Positions 38,640 through 49,269 of a stretch of DNA of 62,000 nt are shown piece after piece (within the stretch, counting starts at the first letter, position 1; the number at the start of each line of letters is the position of its first letter). The stretch spans positions 7,653,910 to 7,715,909 of the forward strand of contig NC_057759.1 of the NCBI RefSeq assembly GCF_004010195.1, read 5' to 3'. Both the position numbers and the translations under genes were made by a program. The DNA is from Chiloscyllium plagiosum (Eukaryota). The notes below the pieces were generated by a model. That model ran no database searches. It was given only the letters and a program-made list of their open reading frames with translations, and was not told the origin of the DNA.

Positions 38640-39570
38640 AGTATACGTTGCTGGTGAAACTCAGCAGTTCGGGCAGCATTTGTAAAGAAAAATCAAATAT
38701 AACAGTGCAGGTAGGGTGAGCATTCTTCAGAACTGATGTGAGCTCGGAAAATATAAGTTTATGTGCAGAAGAAAGAGTTGGGGGGCAAGGAGTAAACAAT
38801 AGGAGGAGGTAGAGCTCAAAGAGAGAAATGAACAGTTGGATAGACAAAGTAATAGAAAACGAACTGAGTTGGAGCGCAAGTAGCTAATTAAGACTGTTAG
38901 TGGCGAAGAGCAGGTAATGTGTAATGGCAGACTGCGATGACAAGGCTGGGTGTGTGGGATAGCGGGGATGGACTTGGGGCAGTTCATGCCGTATAATTAC
39001 TGATCTCGATATTGAGTCCAGAGGGCTGGAGGGTCAGCAAACCAAAAATGAGGTGCTGTTCTTCAACCTTACAATGAGCTTCTCTGGTACACAGCAGAAA
39101 GCTGAGGCACAGCTGTTGACCAAGGAACAACGTCACGTGTTGAAGAAGCACGCAACTCGAAGCTCGGGGTCTTTTCTGCGGCCAAAAAATAGACATTCTG
39201 TGAATTAACCATCCAATTAATGCTTCAGTTCCCCAATATGGAGGACACCCACATTGTGAGCAGTGAATGTGTGACACGAGATTTTATGAAATGTGGGGAA
39301 AGAACTTCTTCACCTCGAAGGTATGTTTAACCCTTTGGATATTGAGAACGGAGGAAGTGAATGGTCAGGTGTTACACCTTTGGTCATTGATGGTGAAGGT
39401 GTACTGGGACTTTGCAAGGAGGTTTTGGAAGTGATGGAAGAGTGGAACCGGGTGTCCCAGAGGGAAAGTTCCCTGCGGAATTTGAATATATGTGTGGTGG
39501 TGGGATTGTGCTTAAGGTGGAAGAAATGGCGGCTGATGATCTTCGGGAAGTGGATGCTAGTGGGATGGTA
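38640..39570 (-). mobile_element. Decayed Penelope-like element 3' end (GIY-YIG endonuclease remnant plus degenerate pLTR)
   Basis: Translates IHCSQCGCPPYWGTE... and EAHCKVEEQHLIFGLLTLQPSGLNIEIS. Downstream lies a CTGAAGA...ATGCTGCC...CTGCTGAGTTTCACCAGCA pLTR-like motif. Confidence 0.7.
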
Positions 39571-39574
39571 AGTA

Positions 39575-40050
39575 CGAACAAACCCCTATGGCAGCAGAAG
39601 GTGCAAGACCTGTCCCCATAGCTCCACTCTCACCTCTTTGCAAGGCCCCATAAATCATTCTAAGTCTGGCAGAGATTGACATGCATTTCCTTTAACCTGA
39701 CTTATTGCATCCGTTGCTCCTGATGTAGTCTCCTTTACTTCGGGAAGATTGACCACAAGCTGGGGAATCAGTTCAGGGAACATAGATGATCCATACGCTC
39801 CAATCAGCAGAACCTTACCGTTTCCAGCTATTTGAACCCGTCTGCCCCCGCCGCCCCATTCGACGACCCATTTTTCCTGGATGCGTCCACTACCAACACA
39901 AGGCCACATGCGAACTGGAGGACGAACAGCTCACTTTCCGTCTCGGGTGCTTGCAACCATACGGCCTCAACATGGATTTCACAAGCTTCCAAATCTTCCG
40001 AAGCCCCATCTCATCCCAGACCCATACCTCTCTCTCTAACTTGCCTCCAT
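39575..40050 (+). mobile_element. Decayed Penelope-like GIY-YIG fragment
   Basis: Translates YCIRCS*CSLLYFGKIDHKLGNQFREH and ATCELEDEQLTFRLGCLQPYGLNMDFTSF. Confidence 0.72.
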
Positions 40051-40401
40051 AACGTAACATTCATCCGAGGACAAGCCAAACAGTTGCACGCACGAGAATT
40101 CCTAGAATCATGGCATTCAAATCGGAACTCTATGAACAAACAGATTGACTTGGATTCCATTTACCATTCCCTGAGAAAAAGAACAGGGAATGACATCACC
40201 AAAGGCAATGACATCATCAACCCAAAGAAACCCAATCATTCCAATGCAAAGCAGGAAACGTCGGCAGTGCTTCTCCTGGAGGCTCACTGAAAATGTTACT
40301 TTGTGTGGCGATGAAACGTATGGAAATGAACCTTCCAACTCAGCGAGCAAACCTACATCCAGAGCCTCAACCTGAGCTACAAACCTTCTCAAAAGTCGCT
40401 A
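40051..40401 (+). mobile_element. 3' end of a different Penelope lineage with a degenerate hammerhead at 40287-40320
   Basis: Translates IRGQAKQLHAREFLESWHSNRNSMNKQIDLDSIYHSLR, then CTGAAAATGTTAC...GATGAAACGTA (G8 lost). Confidence 0.65.
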
Positions 40402-41858
40402 GCAGCAAAATTTATACTTTGTTCCTACACTCAGCATTAAGCTGTTGAGAATATCAGGTATCTCGCTTAATGTAAGGAAATGTTAATATGTTGATCCACT
40501 TTCGTGTGATTCCTAGAAAAGCGAGAGTTATATTCACTCGTCATGTATTTTAAAGTTTTGACTCGGTTACACTGATGTGATCAGTACCTCAAAGATAGCC
40601 ATCAAGCTCAACCATCTTCCTGAGAGCCAGGTTATGATGAGAAACAACTGAATGTATTTCTCTGATTTTCAGTGTGTCCATTTTTGTTTCTCAATCTCCT
40701 CAATGCCACACTGTGAAAAGCGCCTTTGATATCAGGTCCTCACCTCACATCTGGAATTCAGCTCTTCTACCCATATTTGAACTAAGGCTGTGCTGCTTGG
40801 TATCACTGTGGGTTACACCTTCTTTCACGCGTTGATGTCTTTCAGTGGAGTAGATAGTAAATCTTGAGAACAGGAGAAAAATTTGTCAACGTTTGAAAGT
40901 TTCTTTCACTAACGTTTTGTTTCCAAGTCAAGCATTAAATTCCAATGAGAAGTTGAAACACCGTGTTTCTCGAGAGAACACATCATGGTACATATATGCA
41001 AAGAATCCCTCCTGTGTGGAAACTGACCATCGAGTCCACACAACGGGTAACCCACCGAGACCCACACCACAGTCTATCATTTCCCATGATTAATCCCTAA
41101 CCAGCACATCGCTGGGAACTGTGGCCAATTAACATGGAAAGCCCTCCTAAACGAAAAGGATGTGCAAAACAATAGACCTTTCAATCTAGTACATGCTCTC
41201 ACCTTGCCTCCAGTCTGCAACTGAGGCCATGCTCGGATAAAAGAAAGCACGGTCTGCCAAGAGAACGCCATTCTGGGCCAGGAGATCGCCACACCTGGTC
41301 CAGAAATTGCCACGCCGGTCCGCTAAAGGACCGCCTTAGGCCTGCAAGAGACTGTCATTGCAGACGGGGAGATCAGAAAGCCGGGCCAGGCAATCACAAG
41401 CCCGGATTGAGACAGCACCACTTCGGGCTGAGAGTCCAATTGTGCGCTGACACCGGGAGTTCAGGATGTCACTGAGAAGAACGAACAGGAAAAATAAGTT
41501 GAAAAGAATTCAGGAAAACACATAGAGCGGACGAGCTCCAGCTGAAGTGTCATAATTCGCCGCCATCTTGAATTGATTAGATCGGCGACTGAGTGGCAAA
41601 TGGAGTACTTTTTGTTGTTCTGGAGACCTCTGTACAGGAAGAACGTTAATACCCCGGAGGTAGCCCAAGAAAAATACATTAGAACATTGTCTGGGATGAA
41701 GTAATGCAACTATGCAGAGAGGTCGGTCATGATCAGATTGTGTTCTTTGAAACAAATAAGTTGGAATACGGAGGGGGTGGCTGATAGCAACGTAAAACAC
41801 TCTAAGGTGTACTAAAGAGTGTGAACACAGAACGCATTTTCCGCTTAGTTGTGCACCA

Positions 41859-41886
41859 CTGAAGAAGGACTTACGCCCGAAACGTC
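41859..41886 (+). ncRNA. Minimal hammerhead ribozyme core (first of a tandem pair; stem II mismatch)
   Basis: CTGAAGA-A-GGAC-TTAC-GCCC-GAAACGTC. A degenerate second copy lies at 42057-42084 (GAAA changed to AAAA). Confidence 0.55.
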
Positions 41887-42180
41887 GATTCTTCTGCTCC
41901 TTTGATGCTGCCTGACTTGCTGTGTTTTTCCAGCAACACATGTTTCAGCTATGATCTCCAGCATCTGCAGTCCTCACTTTCTCCTAGTTGATTTTAACCT
42001 ACTGCGAATCCTCTTGCGAGGATGCCTTCCTTGAAGAAGCTCTCCTCCCTCGCTTCCTGAAGATGGCCTTATGCCCAAAACGTCGATTTTCCTGCTCCTT
42101 TGATGCTGCCTGACCTGCTGCGCTTTTCCAGCAACATATTTTTCTGCTCTGATCTCCAGCATCTGCAGTCCTCACTTTCT
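41859..42180 (+). mobile_element. Direct tandem of Penelope-like pLTRs (198-nt period)
   Basis: Two copies of the hammerhead/pLTR unit separated by an extension beginning CTAGTTGATTTTAACCTACTGCG. Confidence 0.8.
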
Positions 42181-42749
42181 GCCAGTAACAAGATAGCATA
42201 CTTTGAAAAGTAATGCCAGGAGGTTTAGAAGAGATTTGAGGAGGAAAATCATATTCTTCCAAACATTGGGGTGTCCCTGAGGAGTCTAGAATGCACTGTC
42301 TGCTAATGTTTCAGAGACCAGAAAATTAATATTCTTTAAAAGTAAAGTGCTTGTATGAGCACTTGATGTGGCATAAATTTGTAATCCATAGGTCAAGTGT
42401 GGTTAAGTTGGATGAGTGGATGGCATACAGCATTTTATGGTGATGGAAACTCGATGGGTCAAATGATATGATTCGATTATTCGAATAAAAGCTAAATGCA
42501 GCACAGGGTGACTGAACAACATTTGTCTTCACTCACACAGTTGATCAAAGAGTGAAAATCTGATCAGCACCTCTGAGATGATTCTTCAGAAACCTCCAAC
42601 AACTTTATCAAACGCAATTTCTTATGACCGTAGTCAGAATGAATTTGAGCAATTAGGGCCTAACCTTGAGTGATCTTTCTGATAACGGGTCTAATTGGCA
42701 CGAGCTATCTGGAAGCCAATTCAACTGAAGACTATCACCATAGTCTTCA

Positions 42750-43098
42750 GTGGGCGGCACGGTGGCACAGTGGGCGGCACGGTGGCACAGTGGTTACCAC
42801 TGCTGCCTCACAGCGCCAGAGACCCGGGTTCAATTCCCGCCTCAGGCGACTGACTGTGTGGAGTTTGCACATTCTCCCCGTGTCTGCGTGGGTTTCCTCC
42901 GGGTGCTCCGGTTTCCTCCCACACTCCAAAAATGTGCAGATTAGGTGAATTGGCCATGCTAAATTGCCTGTAGTGTTAGGTGCCGGGGTAAATGTAGGGG
43001 AATGGGTCTGGGTGGGTGCGCTTCGGCGGGTCGGTGTGGACTTGTTGGGGCGAAGGGCCTGTTTCCACACGAAAGTAATCTAATCTAATCTAATCTAA
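42750..43098 (+). mobile_element. HE1-like SINE with a duplicated 20-bp head
   Basis: TGGGCGGCACGGTGGCACAG twice, B box GGTTCAATTCC, (TAATC)n tail. Confidence 0.9.
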
Positions 43099-43474
43099 AC
43101 CATTTGGGGATACATTGGTAATATTTCCGAAATCTTCCTGATAACAGATAGGTCCCCGCAGTAATATCAAATTGCAGGCATTGCATGGAACCTTCTATCT
43201 TGCTTCAGACGAGGGGACCAGGGAGACATTAAAACGGACCTCGGCATTTTGTGTTTGTAATCACTTGCCGACACCATCAGCCCTGTAGTATTGCCAACAA
43301 CCCATTACTGCGGGCTCACTTCTTCGATATGCTGGTTCCTCAGTCTGCCCACTATTCTGAATTGAGTAGAGTTCCTGGACTGGCTACCTCTGGGAAGATC
43401 CAAACTACGGTTTTACGGTTCTTGATTCAGATTAGCCGCCAATCAGGCTAATCAGAATCAAGAAGACGACCCAA

Positions 43475-43830
43475 TGACGCAGTGGTAATGTCACTGGCAT
43501 ACCAGTCTGGAACCTCAGCTTATTTTCTCAAAGATGAGGTTTGTGTCTGTCTGTGGCACGTAGTCAGAAAAATATGAAAGATAAAACCTGGACTTGGGAC
43601 AATCACAAAAACATTGTCAATTGTCATCGAAAGCTCAATAGTTCACTCACGGTTTTCTTTTGATATCAGGAAATCTGTGTGTTTTTATTGGCTTGTACTA
43701 TGTGATTCTAAACCGTCAGAACTTTAGTTGACGCTTAATTGCTCAATCCTTTGGCTAGAAAGCCACTTGGTTTGGGGAAATTAGGAAAGGGCGATAAACA
43801 CAAGCTAGAGGAATGCCTACACTCTATGTA
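43475..43830 (+). mobile_element. Old tRNA-derived SINE of another family (degenerate); related head at ~44147-44260
   Basis: GCAGTGGTAATGTCACTGG head, ...GGAAATCTG...TTGACGCTTAATTGC... body and GGAAATTAGG...GATAAA 3' region. Confidence 0.45.
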
Positions 43831-44589
43831 AAAATAGATTTTGGCTCATTTAAGTTCGAAGTGTCAGCGGTTATTACCGCTGTTTAGGATTGCAGGTGGC
43901 TCCTACGTCTCCCAAATTGGTCTTTAGTCAAAAATATAATTCCAGAAGCTGTCATCCTGCACAAGTAAACAAGGTTTGCATCGTGTACGGCGGCAATTGG
44001 TTGTTGTGCAATAACAGGGTTCTAAATATTAGACACTGCTGATTAGATTTAGTATCTATGTATTTCTCTATCTATATTTGTGAATCTAAGTGACCACTTT
44101 TTTTAGGTCAGGATAAACAATGCCACGTATCCAAAGGGTTACTTAGGCGAGGTGATGGCCTGATGGTATTATTGCTAAACTATTAATCCAGAGACACAAG
44201 CAATATCCTACAGTTGTGCGTTTGAATCCAATCATTGCAGTGGATGGAATCTGAATTCTTTTTGGAAATTCTAACATGGACTTCCAACTGTTGCTTCCTC
44301 TTTGCTGGCCGAAATTCGCAGGGTATGGAAAACTTGAGTTACAAAGGAGGATTGGATTGCCTGGGACATTTTCACTGGAGCGTAGGGATTTGTGAAGTGA
44401 CCTGAATGAAGCTTATAAGAGTAATCAGTGGTGCAGATAGACTTAATATCAGCTGTGCTTTCTCCAGGATGAGGGATGTCAAAACTCTAGGGCATATTTT
44501 TTAATCTGAGAGGAGACAGCTATAAGAAATAGCAAAACCAATTTATTTTGCACACAGCGTATTTCGTGTGGAATTAATGTCCTGGGGAA

Positions 44590-47550
44590 GTGCCCAAAAC
44601 TCAACCCCTCGACCAATAAAAACTAACTGTAAGCCTTCTTAACAACCCATGAACCTGGGTGGCAACTTTCAGGGATCTATGTACATGGACAACAAGATCT
44701 CTCTGCTCATCCATACAACAAAGAATCTTACTATTAGCCCAGTATTCAACATTTAAGTGACTACTTCGAAAGTGAATCACCTCACGTTTTGTTTCTCATT
44801 GAACTCCATTTCCCACCTCTCAGCTAATCTTTGCAGCTTGTCTCATCCCTTCGGCAAAGCCGTCACATATTTCTGCCCTGACCACAACTCCACTGACCTT
44901 AGTGTCAACAGAAAATTTACTAACCTATCCTTTTACGCCCTCATCCAGGTCATTTATAAAAATGACAAACAGCAGTGGTCCCGAAACAGATCATTGCGGT
45001 ACACCACTGGCAACTGAACTCCAAGATGAGCATTTCCAATCAACCACCACTCTGTCTTCTTTCAGCTGGCCAATTTCTGATCCAATCCACTGCATCACTC
45101 TCAATCACTTGACTCTGTATTCTTTGCAATAGCCTGCCCTGGGAAACTTTATCGATTTTTTTTGCTGAAACCCACATTCACTGCATCAACTGCTTACCCT
45201 CATCCGCTGCTTGGTCACCTTCTCAAAGAACACAAACAGGTTCACGAGGCACGACCTACACTTCACAAAACGGAAGTAAATATCACTAATGAAATTATTC
45301 ATTTCTATACGATTATAAATCCTACCTCTTGCAATCCTTTCCAACAGATTATCCACAACCGAATAAGGCTCACTGCTTTATGATTACTAGGGGTCTCACC
45401 ATTCGTTTGTTTGAACAAGGGTTCAGCGTTTGCTACCCTCCAGTCTTCTGGCACTATTCTTGTAGACAATGAGGGATAAAGATCAACATCAAAGTCTCGA
45501 CAATATCCTTCCTTGCTTCCTATAGAAACCTATGATAAATTCCATCTGATCCAGGGGATTTATCCATTTTCACACCTTCCAAAATTGCTAACACTTCCTC
45601 CTTATGAACGTCATGCCTGTGTAATCCGATATCCTGTATTCTAGTATTCTCCTCGACAACTTTATCTTTTCTTTTCTGTGTGAAAACTGACGGTAAATAC
45701 TGATTTAATGTCACTCCTACCTCCTAGGTCTTCACACACAACTTTCTATTACTGACCTTGACCGGCCCTAGTTCTTTCTAGTCATTGTTTCATTCTTGAC
45801 ATACTTATAGAAAACTTTAGGATTTTCCTTGAGCATGCCTGCCAAAGACTTCTCATAACTCTTATTTGATCTCTGTTTAGGTCCTTCCTAGCCAATTTGT
45901 AAATTTCAAGTGCCCTAGCTAAGCCTTCATACCTCATATTAACATAAGTCTCCTTCTTTCTCTTGACAAAAGATACAACTTATTTAATATATCACAGTTC
46001 CCTCTCTCGACCACTTACTCCCTGCTAACAGTCCTCCTTATGAACGTCATGCCTGTGTAATCCGATATCCTGTATCCTAGTATTCTCCTCGACAACTTTA
46101 TCTTTTCTTTTCTGTGTGAAACCTGACGGTAAATACTGATTTAATGTCACTCCTACCTCCTAGGTCTTCACACACAACTTTCTATTACTGACCTTGACCG
46201 GCCCTAGTTCTTTCTAATCATTGTTTCATTCTTGACATACTTATAGAAAACTTTAGGATTTTCCTTGAGCACGCCTGCCAAAGACTTCTCATAACTCTTA
46301 TTAGATCTCTGTTTAGGTCCTTCCTAGCCAATTTGTAAATTTCAAGCGCCCTAGCTAAGCCTTCATACCTCATATCAGCATAAGTCTCCTTCTTTCTCTT
46401 GACAAAAGATACAACTTATTTAATATATCACAGTTCCCTCTCTCGACCACTTACTCCCTGCCTAACAGATGCAAACTTTCCAGGATACACAGCAGCTGTT
46501 CATTGAATATGCTCTACATTTCCTTTGTGCCCAGCCCCTGCAAATTCCATCCTATGCATTCTACATCTTGTCTAATCTCCACATAATTGTCTTTCCACAG
46601 CTATTACTTTTGTCATGCAGTATATACCTAGCCATTTCCAACGCTAATTTAAACGCATCCGAATTGTGGTCACTATAATCAAAGTGCTCTTCTACCTCCA
46701 AATCGAACAAATAGCCGGATTCATTATCCAGAACCAAATCAAATGTAACATCGCCACTTACTGGCCTATCTACATGGTGTGTCAGAAAACTGTCCTGCAC
46801 ACATTCGACAATGTCTGACTCATCTCAATGACTCAAAGTATAGCGTTTCCAGTCAATATTTGGAAAGCTAAAATTCACCATCTGAACTACATTGTTACTT
46901 TCGCTCCAATTCAGAATCATCATTGCAATACTTTCCTCGATAACTGTGGAACTTTTCGGAGGCCTACAGCAAACTCCCAACAGGGTGACCTCTCCTTTTC
47001 TGTTCCTAACCTCAGCCCATACTACCTCAGTAGATGAGTCATCATCAACCGTCCTTTCTGCAACTGTGATACTGTCCTTGACTAACAATGCCACACCTCT
47101 CCCTCTTTCAGCACCTTCTCTGACCTTAATGAAATATTTAAACACCGAAATCTGCACCAACCATTCCTGTCCCTGCTCTATACATGCCTCCGAAATGGCC
47201 ATAACATCGATGTCACAGCTACCAACCCACGCTGCAAGTTCACACAGCTTATTCTGGATAAATCTGGCGTTGAAGTAGACACACTTCAAACCACCTTCCT
47301 GCCTGCTAGCACGTTCCTGCGACTTTGAAACCTTCTTCATAATCTTAATACTCTCAACCACCTGTACGCTGGAGGTATGATTCAGGTTCCCAGCCCCCGT
47401 TGAATTATTTTAAACGCCTCTGAAGAGCATTCGCAAATCTCCACTCTACAAAACAAATGTACCCTCTGGTATAGACCAACATGTTTATACATCCCCTACC
47501 TACACCAGAATGATGCCTAATTATCCAGGAATCCAAAACACTCCCTTCTG
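44590..47550 (-). mobile_element. Decayed CR1 LINE (EN-RT) containing an internal tandem duplication
   Basis: Endonuclease GLKCVYFNARFIQNKLCEL...DVMAISE...GRGVALLVK at 46825-47361, EHFDYSDHNS, and RT motifs at lower coordinates. Confidence 0.85.
45596..46468 (+). repeat. Tandem duplication of about 436 bp (two copies)
   Basis: Units 45596-46031 and 46032-46468 are nearly identical, with CTAACA microhomology at the junctions. Confidence 0.9.
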
Positions 47551-49269
47551 CACCACAATAAAAGCTAAAGAAATCATTAACAGAAGTAAGGTGTTTCTAA
47601 CAAGTTTCAACTCCACCTTCAACTCCACCTGCCGCTGTCTACCACATTTCTGAATTTACAAACTTTAGACGTTTCCTTTCATTATTTAAAGTCGGAATCT
47701 TGCTCATATTCAAGCACCTTACGTCACAGCTGGATACTCCAAGTTCCATTATGAAATTTTGTTATGACTCTATTTCTTGGCAGAACCCCGACTAATAGGA
47801 ACCTGCCATGTGATCCCTGGCGTCAATACGTTTGACTCCTTGTCCCCTCAGTTTCATTTTCCTGGTTGGCGACAGTTACAGAATTATTGTCACCACAAGC
47901 ACTTGCATCCTTAATGGCACCACGATGCATGTTGCATTTCTTCATCAACGCTATCCCTGCTTTGCCAATTGTGGTAATTCCTCTATTTGGTCATCTGCCA
48001 TCTAACCTTGACCCAATCTCACCAGTCTTCATCAGGCTTCATTATTCCTGAAATTATTCTGACAACCGAGTCTGATTCCATCTGCTTCATCATCTTCTCA
48101 CTATATTATAGGAGCTAAAACTGCCGTCTCATGTTTTCTCATTTTTATCAGCACCAGTACGCAATGTGACATTAATAATACTCATAAATACTGTCTGTCT
48201 AAACCCACCTGTCCCTCAAGTTGCTCTTGGCACTCACTGCACCTGGGGCCATTAACTCTCGCTTTTCCTACGTGAACTTCACTTCTCGTCAAGATATGAG
48301 CTTTTCTTCTTTTTTGTTTCATTTCCAACGATCTCAATCCATGACTGCACACAATCAAACATTAAAAAACTTCAGTAAGACCTCACTCACAATTGAAAAC
48401 TGGTTGAAGTTTCATTTATGTTTCTCCTTTTCGCAGCTAAACGAGTGACGATTGTGAACCTACCTTGGAGAAACTGAGAATTCCCAAAATGTATAAGACA
48501 ATACGTTTTGGCAATGGAAGATCTCACGCATTAATCTGACTTTGAGCCAAATTCTGACTCAATTTGTTGATAAGATTACGTTCTTGATATCCATTCCTCG
48601 ATGCAATATATCAGCAATCGTTTTTTAAGCGGTAAAAGGGCTCTGGGTCATTCATTGTTACTTTTAATCTTCAAAAGTTTGTAGCACACTGCTGTTACAA
48701 GCCGAAAAATTATTATTGAAGTGGGAGAATGGCAACTGTTAATTTTTTTAATAGAAATTGTGATTGTGTTAACCGATCAATCAACTACTTCTGGTGTTTT
48801 ATGTTATAAACTGAGGGTTGGCTGTCAAACGGATATTTTGCTTTGTATAAAACTCAATGTCCATTTTATATTATTCAGATATTAATCAAATTGTCACATT
48901 ACTTCCACTCGCTGTGTCTCGCTTTGGTTTTGATTCATTTTTCAAGTTCTTTACCAATAGAAACAGTGCAGTGATCAATAGAACTCATTGAAGACTTCGG
49001 TGTCACACCTGTGCAGAAAGAGGTAGAAACTCAGAGATGGAAATTCGGCAAGAATCGATAATTTTGTTGTTTTCCTATCTCTGCAAAATCCAATCTGTTC
49101 TGGGCAACACTAATGCTTCATGCTATGTTCACGCTGTTCCTTTGTTTGCAAAGTATAGACCCTGAGATGAATTTTTTAGTGATGGTTTTGGGCACGCAGA
49201 AACAAACGCTGTGACGCAGCACAAACACTGCAATTTATCCCCTTACACGGACGACATTAGAAGAAGATG

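Noticed and set aside
41461..41709. Possible transmembrane exon (YFSWATSGVLTFFLY) for the Ig gene
   Set aside because: The hydrophobic stretch is short, the phase does not match and the donor is poor. The 54922 exon fits much better.
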